A stretch of DNA of 12,913 nucleotides, from the NCBI GenBank assembly GCA_029856365.1, contig JAHQWW010000109.1, positions 1-12,913 of the forward strand. Direction: 5' to 3'. The notes under the pieces were generated by a model, which ran no database searches, was not told the DNA's origin, and worked only from the letters and a program-made list of their open reading frames with translations. The position numbers were made by a program, and so were the translations under genes. Below, piece by piece: positions 7,627 through 12,913 of the stretch. This DNA comes from Candidatus Hodarchaeota archaeon (GTDB lineage Archaea; Asgardarchaeota; Heimdallarchaeia; Hodarchaeales; Hodarchaeaceae). Each line of letters opens with the position of its first letter. Position 1 is the stretch's first letter.

Positions 7627-10600
7627 ATGATGAGTCAGGAAAATCTGAGTTTATTTCTGTTAATAAGCATTTTATCTTTAAATACATTAGTGATGACTTC
7701 TTCTTTACAAAAAGAGAATTACTTAGAATCAGATGAAAAAATCCCAGCTTTGTTACGGGGAATTGGCCTCAAAGGACAGAAAAATGAAATTTATCATCAA
7801 GTACCTCGACTGCTAAATTCTTCAAAAATTTATTCTCAAATTAACCAATCTTATTCAAATAGAATTCATTTTGCCCAATCACAATATTCTGTACCTGGTT
7901 GGGTTGATACAAGGTGGAAATATCGGAAAAATATTTCCATTTTACCCTCTCAAGTTTTTGGTGATTTCATTGATTTTCCTGTGTTGATAGAACTATTCGA
8001 TGAGGATCTTCGTGATCATGCCCAAGTTACGGGTAATGATATTTTCTTTACTAATGAGCAGGGAGTGAAATTAGATCATGAAATTGAGCTCTATGATAGA
8101 CAATACTCCTATACACAAGCACACCTCGTAGCCTGGATGAAAACAAATCTAACTGATCTCGAAGGGGCTTATATTTCGATGTATTATGGCAATCCTAGTG
8201 CAGGTGTACAGGAAAACCCAACAGGAGTGTGGAATACCAATTATGTAGGTGTTTGGCATCTCTCAGAAGACCCCACAGAGGTGATCCATGATAGTACGTC
8301 CAATACTAATGATGGGACATCTCAAGGCTCTATGACTCCTACTGATCAAGTAGAGGGAAAAATTGACGGTAGTATTGATTTTGATGGAGATAACGATTAT
8401 ATTGATTGTGGGAACGATAGCTCACTGGACATCACGGGAGACATCACACTACAATTCTGGGTAAAGGCTGAGAATTATATAAATGACCCTGATCTGCTTA
8501 CCAAAGGGGATTACACCCAGGCATATTCATCATTTATTTATGATGCTGATGATGACAATAGTGGAGGTGTAATTTATTTTAAGCTTAATAATCATGAATT
8601 AATAAGCGTTAATTCTCTTACTATTGGAACCTGGTATTATATAACATGTGCAAGGGAGAGTAATTCAATGAAGATATACATTGATGGAGATGTGGACTCT
8701 ACTGACACCTATTCAAACCCCATTGAAACCATACCAGATTCATTAACAATTACAAGAAGTCCTGATAATCTTGATGGTATCTTAGATGAAGTGCGTGTAT
8801 CTTATACAGCTCGTTCAGAGAATTGGATCAAAACAGAGTATGCTAATCAATATAATCCAATTTCATTTTATACCATTACCTCTCAAGAAGAGTCACCAAT
8901 TTCATATTACTGGCCCTTTCCTACGTTTAAATATAGAACGAACATAAGTATCGACTCAACAAAGGTGTTTGCCGATCTTACCAATTTCACTGTGTTAATT
9001 GATCTGAATGATAGTAATCTACACGACCAGGACAAAGTTCAGACAGACGGTGACGATATTATGTTTGCTATTGATTCTATAAAATTAGATCATGATATCG
9101 AAACTTTCGATCAAACTGGAAATGGCACTCATGCTCATCTAATTGCATGGGTAAGGGTGCCAAACCTGTCAGGTTCAACTAATACAACAATTTCAATGTA
9201 CTATGGAAATAACGCTATTAGAAGTCAAGAAAATCCTGAAGGGGTTTGGGACAGTGATTATGGAGCTGTCTGGCATTTAAACGATGATTTTTTAGATTCA
9301 TCATCTAACAATAATAATGGTACGAATAGTGGTTCGACTAATACAGTAGGAAAAATGGCAAATGCTCAGGATTTCGATGGAGTCGATGATGATATAGATA
9401 CAGGATCAGGTAGCAGTATGGATAACATTTTCAATAATGGAGGTACTATCAGCGCTTGGATCTATCCAACAGGATGGGGAGAGGGAAATTTTGGGCGAAT
9501 TATAGATAAGTCAACAGCTACAGACGGTTCTAATGGCTGGGGATTCTGTATAGACAATGATGGCTTTCCTAATCAGCATTTATTATTCTTTAGAGATTTT
9601 AGTATATCGCGAGGGTTATGGTATACACCAGATGATTCAATCAGTCTTAATCAATGGCAATATGTGGTCGTATCTTATGATGATACCGACAAACAAAATG
9701 ATCCATATGTGTTTATCAATGCTTTATCTCAATTATTAGTTGAGGAACCTACACCAGATGGAGATTCAATAGATGATTCAGCCCAATCTGTACATATAGG
9801 AAATTTTGCGGGAGATACCACTCGAACATTTGATGGTATCATCGATGAAGTCCGCATTTCTCATGTGATGCGTTCTGCTGATTGGGTTAATACGGAATAT
9901 TATAATCAATTCGATCCTGCGAATTTTTATTCAATAGGAGAGGAAGAGGAACATTCTAGATGGTGGGCTGATGCCTCTTTCACAAATCGCAGAGACATTG
10001 TAATTAAAAGGGAAAAAGTCTCTACTCATTTGACAAATTTTCCAGTTCTTATTGATATAACATCCACAGATTTTAAACAAGGGGAAGTCCAAGCTGATGG
10101 TAAAGATATTATGTTTACTGATGATTCTGGATCAATCTTGGACTTTGAAGTTGAATATTTCAGCCAAAATGTTGCGGAAGGGCATTTAATTACTTGGATA
10201 AGGCTAAATGTATCGAATAAAGATGACACCATCGTCTCAATGTATTATAGTAATGATCAAATAGTGCAATCACAGGAGACTCCTGCAGAAGTGTGGGATT
10301 CTAATTATGTAGGGATTTGGCATCTTCAGGAATCACTTGGGAACGCTCAGGATTCAACATCCTACGGACAGGAGGGGGTAATAAGCGGAGGTGTTACTCA
10401 AGGAGCTTCTGGTTTCATCGATGGAGCATATTATTTTGATGGAGTAGATTGCAATGTAAGCATGGGAGACCCTTCTGATGGTCACCTTGATTTCGGGACA
10501 GGCAGTTTTACAGTTGAAACTTGGATAAATAGGGATTCAACAATGAGTTCAACCCAGTACGGCGGGATCTTCAAAGGAAATGGTGACGTTAATGATAATG

Positions 10601-12913
10601 AAGGCTGGTTATTACGATTTAAGGGAAGTGATAGTGTTAGATTTAGTGCGGGAGATGGATTAGCAAGTGTATTTAATATACATCAGTCATCAATCCTTGT
10701 AGATGAAACTTGGATGCATTTTGTTGGGGTTCTTGATAGGAGTGCGGGAGAGGCTTATCTCTATAAAGATGGCCAGAAAATTGCAACTGATACTGCAACG
10801 AATGGAGATATTGATAGTAATTACTTATTCCGAATAAGCGAGGATTGGGATAACGCTTTTCATTTCAAAGGACTTTTTGATGAAGTTCGTCTTTCTAACA
10901 TAGCACGTTCTTCTGATTGGATTACTACTGAATATCAAAACCAGTACAATCCAACGAGTTTTTATTCCGTGGGTTCGGAAGTTATCTTTGATACTAAACC
11001 ACCTATTATCAATGATTTTGGCGTTGATGATCCTGGAACTGGCGCAGGAAAATTCTGGGCTGATGTATCTGACAGTACTAGTGATGTCCAAACAGTAAAA
11101 ATCACGATTAATGAAACTGAATACTCAATGAGTCAAAATGCCTCTGGGTACTGGATTTATCAGATGGGGGTAGTATGGCAAGGATATTATAAGTTCTGTA
11201 TCACTAATGCTAGTGATTTCCTCGGTAATTACATTCAAACAAACTCAAGCTTGAAAACCTATACATTCACTTACGATCTGGCAGCTCCTGATGTTTTTAA
11301 ATGGAAATATACTACTAGTACGAACACTTTTCGAGCCAACGTAAGTGATGGCTGGGGAGAAGTAGATACGGTAATTGTGAACGTCACTGATCATTCAAAA
11401 ATATTACCAGACCCAGCCACACAAATCATGCACTTCTATCAAGATTTTGGAGGAGCTGGTTTAGGGTACATCAACGATACCCTTATAATGGCTAATGGCG
11501 ATATTGAATTTAAGATCTTTGTTAATGATACATCTGGTAATAGTTTTCTTTCCTCAGCCCATCCTGGTGTCGTCTGGGTGAACCATGCTCCCATCGCTGA
11601 AAATTTGACCCTCAGTCCTTCCCCTTTATATAGTAACGAAACGTTAGTGCTCAAGTATGATTATGATGACGAAGATAATCACGGTGAAAGCGGTACTGAG
11701 ATCCGTTGGTATAAAAATGGGGTTCTTCAAGCCTCTTTTAATGACAGCACTCAAATCGATGATGCCTATCTCATTCCTGGGGATGACTGGAATGTGACGG
11801 TCCGCCCAAAAGATGGCGAAAAGTTTGGGGAAATAAACACCTCATTGACCGTCACTGTACTCAATACTCCTCCAGTAGTTCAAGTTGTTACACTAAATCC
11901 TATAACTGCATACACCACGTCTACTCTCAGTATTACCAACACAACCTCTGATCATGAGAATGACGACCTTAGTTATTATATCGAATGGTATTGGAATTCA
12001 CAACACAATTTCTCATATGATAATCTCCTCACGATTACCCCTGACAAGACAACCAAGGGAGAAAGCTGGCACTGCCGAATTCGGGCCTTTGACGGCACCA
12101 GTAATTCCAGTTGGCTTTCCTCTGCTCCCATCATTATCCAGAATACTGTTCCCCAAGCAGTGAACTTGACTATTACCCCTGATCCTGCGTATACTAATGA
12201 TATTCTTGTCGCCAGCTGGGATATGGCGGATGCGGATGGGGATGCTGAAAATAAAAGTGCTGCCATTATTTACTGGTATAAATATGGTGATTTACAACCC
12301 CTTCTGAATAACTGTGTATCGATTAATCCTGGGAACACTAGTAAAGACCATACATGGTTTTTCCGAATCCAGGTCTTTGATGGGACAGATTATTCCGCTC
12401 TCCCACCGACTCAATCTGGAACCATCACGATTAGTAATTCTGTACCTATTGCTCAGAATGTTTCAATTATACAACCTGCTCCCCTCACAACAGATGATCT
12501 GCAAGCTGACTGGGATTATTTGGACATTGATAATGATAACTATGGTCCGCCACTCATTAAATGGTATACCAACAGTAGTGGGATCTGGCAGCACCAATCT
12601 AGTTATGATGATTATGATACTTTACCTGCGAGTGCAACCACCAAGGGTCAATACTGGTGTTTTGGTATTCAAGTGTATGATCAGGATGACTACGCTGCTG
12701 AAGTCAACTCGTCTCCTGTGTTAATTCTCAACACGCCACCTGAAATTACTAACCTGGAGTTGACCAGTACTCCGACAACTACCGTTGATCTAGTTGCGAC
12801 ATGGGAATCCAATGATAATGATTCTGATTCGCTGACATTTTATGTTACTTGGTATTTGAACGGCTTACTGAACGCTACTTTGCAAACATCCAGTATGAAC
12901 TCTACTCTTACTT
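7627..12913 (+). CDS. Giant secreted/cell-surface protein with 3x DUF2341+LamG modules and tandem Ig-like repeats; partial, runs off the window
   Basis: Frame +1 reads open from ATG 7627 (after in-frame TAA 7621-7623 and GGAGAGGT just upstream) to the window end, giving >=1762 codons. N-terminal hydrophobic segment LSLFLLISILSL. Repeated motifs W..YRxxI.I, FPVLI, DGxDIxF, LDHEIE, MYYGN, GVWHL, FDGxDD, DGxxDEVRxS and RSxxWIxTEYxNQ. Absent from the ORF track, presumably because it has no stop codon in the window. Confidence 0.93.
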   Translation, partial: MMSQENLSLFLLISILSLNTLVMTSSLQKENYLESDEKIPALLRGIGLKGQKNEIYHQVPRLLNSSKIYSQINQSYSNRIHFAQSQYSVPGWVDTRWKYRKNISILPSQVFGDFIDFPVLIELFDEDLRDHAQVTGNDIFFTNEQGVKLDHEIELYDRQYSYTQAHLVAWMKTNLTDLEGAYISMYYGNPSAGVQENPTGVWNTNYVGVWHLSEDPTEVIHDSTSNTNDGTSQGSMTPTDQVEGKIDGSIDFDGDNDYIDCGNDSSLDITGDITLQFWVKAENYINDPDLLTKGDYTQAYSSFIYDADDDNSGGVIYFKLNNHELISVNSLTIGTWYYITCARESNSMKIYIDGDVDSTDTYSNPIETIPDSLTITRSPDNLDGILDEVRVSYTARSENWIKTEYANQYNPISFYTITSQEESPISYYWPFPTFKYRTNISIDSTKVFADLTNFTVLIDLNDSNLHDQDKVQTDGDDIMFAIDSIKLDHDIETFDQTGNGTHAHLIAWVRVPNLSGSTNTTISMYYGNNAIRSQENPEGVWDSDYGAVWHLNDDFLDSSSNNNNGTNSGSTNTVGKMANAQDFDGVDDDIDTGSGSSMDNIFNNGGTISAWIYPTGWGEGNFGRIIDKSTATDGSNGWGFCIDNDGFPNQHLLFFRDFSISRGLWYTPDDSISLNQWQYVVVSYDDTDKQNDPYVFINALSQLLVEEPTPDGDSIDDSAQSVHIGNFAGDTTRTFDGIIDEVRISHVMRSADWVNTEYYNQFDPANFYSIGEEEEHSRWWADASFTNRRDIVIKREKVSTHLTNFPVLIDITSTDFKQGEVQADGKDIMFTDDSGSILDFEVEYFSQNVAEGHLITWIRLNVSNKDDTIVSMYYSNDQIVQSQETPAEVWDSNYVGIWHLQESLGNAQDSTSYGQEGVISGGVTQGASGFIDGAYYFDGVDCNVSMGDPSDGHLDFGTGSFTVETWINRDSTMSSTQYGGIFKGNGDVNDNEGWLLRFKGSDSVRFSAGDGLASVFNIHQSSILVDETWMHFVGVLDRSAGEAYLYKDGQKIATDTATNGDIDSNYLFRISEDWDNAFHFKGLFDEVRLSNIARSSDWITTEYQNQYNPTSFYSVGSEVIFDTKPPIINDFGVDDPGTGAGKFWADVSDSTSDVQTVKITINETEYSMSQNASGYWIYQMGVVWQGYYKFCITNASDFLGNYIQTNSSLKTYTFTYDLAAPDVFKWKYTTSTNTFRANVSDGWGEVDTVIVNVTDHSKILPDPATQIMHFYQDFGGAGLGYINDTLIMANGDIEFKIFVNDTSGNSFLSSAHPGVVWVNHAPIAENLTLSPSPLYSNETLVLKYDYDDEDNHGESGTEIRWYKNGVLQASFNDSTQIDDAYLIPGDDWNVTVRPKDGEKFGEINTSLTVTVLNTPPVVQVVTLNPITAYTTSTLSITNTTSDHENDDLSYYIEWYWNSQHNFSYDNLLTITPDKTTKGESWHCRIRAFDGTSNSSWLSSAPIIIQNTVPQAVNLTITPDPAYTNDILVASWDMADADGDAENKSAAIIYWYKYGDLQPLLNNCVSINPGNTSKDHTWFFRIQVFDGTDYSALPPTQSGTITISNSVPIAQNVSIIQPAPLTTDDLQADWDYLDIDNDNYGPPLIKWYTNSSGIWQHQSSYDDYDTLPASATTKGQYWCFGIQVYDQDDYAAEVNSSPVLILNTPPEITNLELTSTPTTTVDLVATWESNDNDSDSLTFYVTWYLNGLLNATLQTSSMNSTLT
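7891..10980 (+). repeat. Three tandem DUF2341+LamG protein modules of about 340 aa
   Basis: Modules at about 7891-8892, 8908-9950 and 9961-10980, ending TEYANQYNPISFY, TEYYNQFDPANFY and TEYQNQYNPTSFY. Confidence 0.85.
11581..12913 (+). repeat. At least 5 tandem Ig/cadherin-like repeats of 93-98 aa
   Basis: Repeats start at NHAP 11581, NTPP 11863, NTVP 12142, NSVP 12436 and NTPP 12730. Each has a DxD/ExD-like loop and WY; the four complete ones also have a W...[IV]..xD strand. Confidence 0.8.

Noticed and set aside
7515-7736. 73-aa + strand ORF
   Set aside because: Phe/Ile-rich translation of AT-rich DNA that overlaps the better-supported start at 7627 in another frame.
9557-12724. Seven short ORFs in the track (9557, 10026, 10825, 11439, 11954, 11976, 12314)
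   Set aside because: All are off-frame or antisense within the continuous giant CDS.
7891-12913. Diversity-generating retroelement, CRISPR array or mobile element
   Set aside because: The repeats are diverged protein-level repeats. I saw no near-identical DNA repeat pair, reverse transcriptase, transposase or spacer array.

Overview
AT-rich archaeal window, very probably Asgard (inferred from two eukaryote-like small-GTPase folds and the surface-protein type). Left to right: (1) a Rab/Ras-fold protein lacking all G motifs (214-756); (2) a hypothetical protein (1012-1800); (3) a frameshifted, motif-degenerate TtuA/Ncs6 tRNA thiolase (1926-2835); (4) an unannotated box C/D sRNA candidate (about 2838-2920, minus strand) with a TATA-like box, a T6 terminator and an overlapping palindrome; (5) an apparent two-gene operon of a RagA/Gtr1-like GTPase with a roadblock-like tail (6206-7135) and a 1020-aa HEAT+TPR solenoid (3093-6155); (6) a divergent giant secreted protein missed by the ORF track (7627 to beyond the window end) with three DUF2341+LamG modules and tandem Ig-like repeats. 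All calls come from manual motif reading; no database searches were run.
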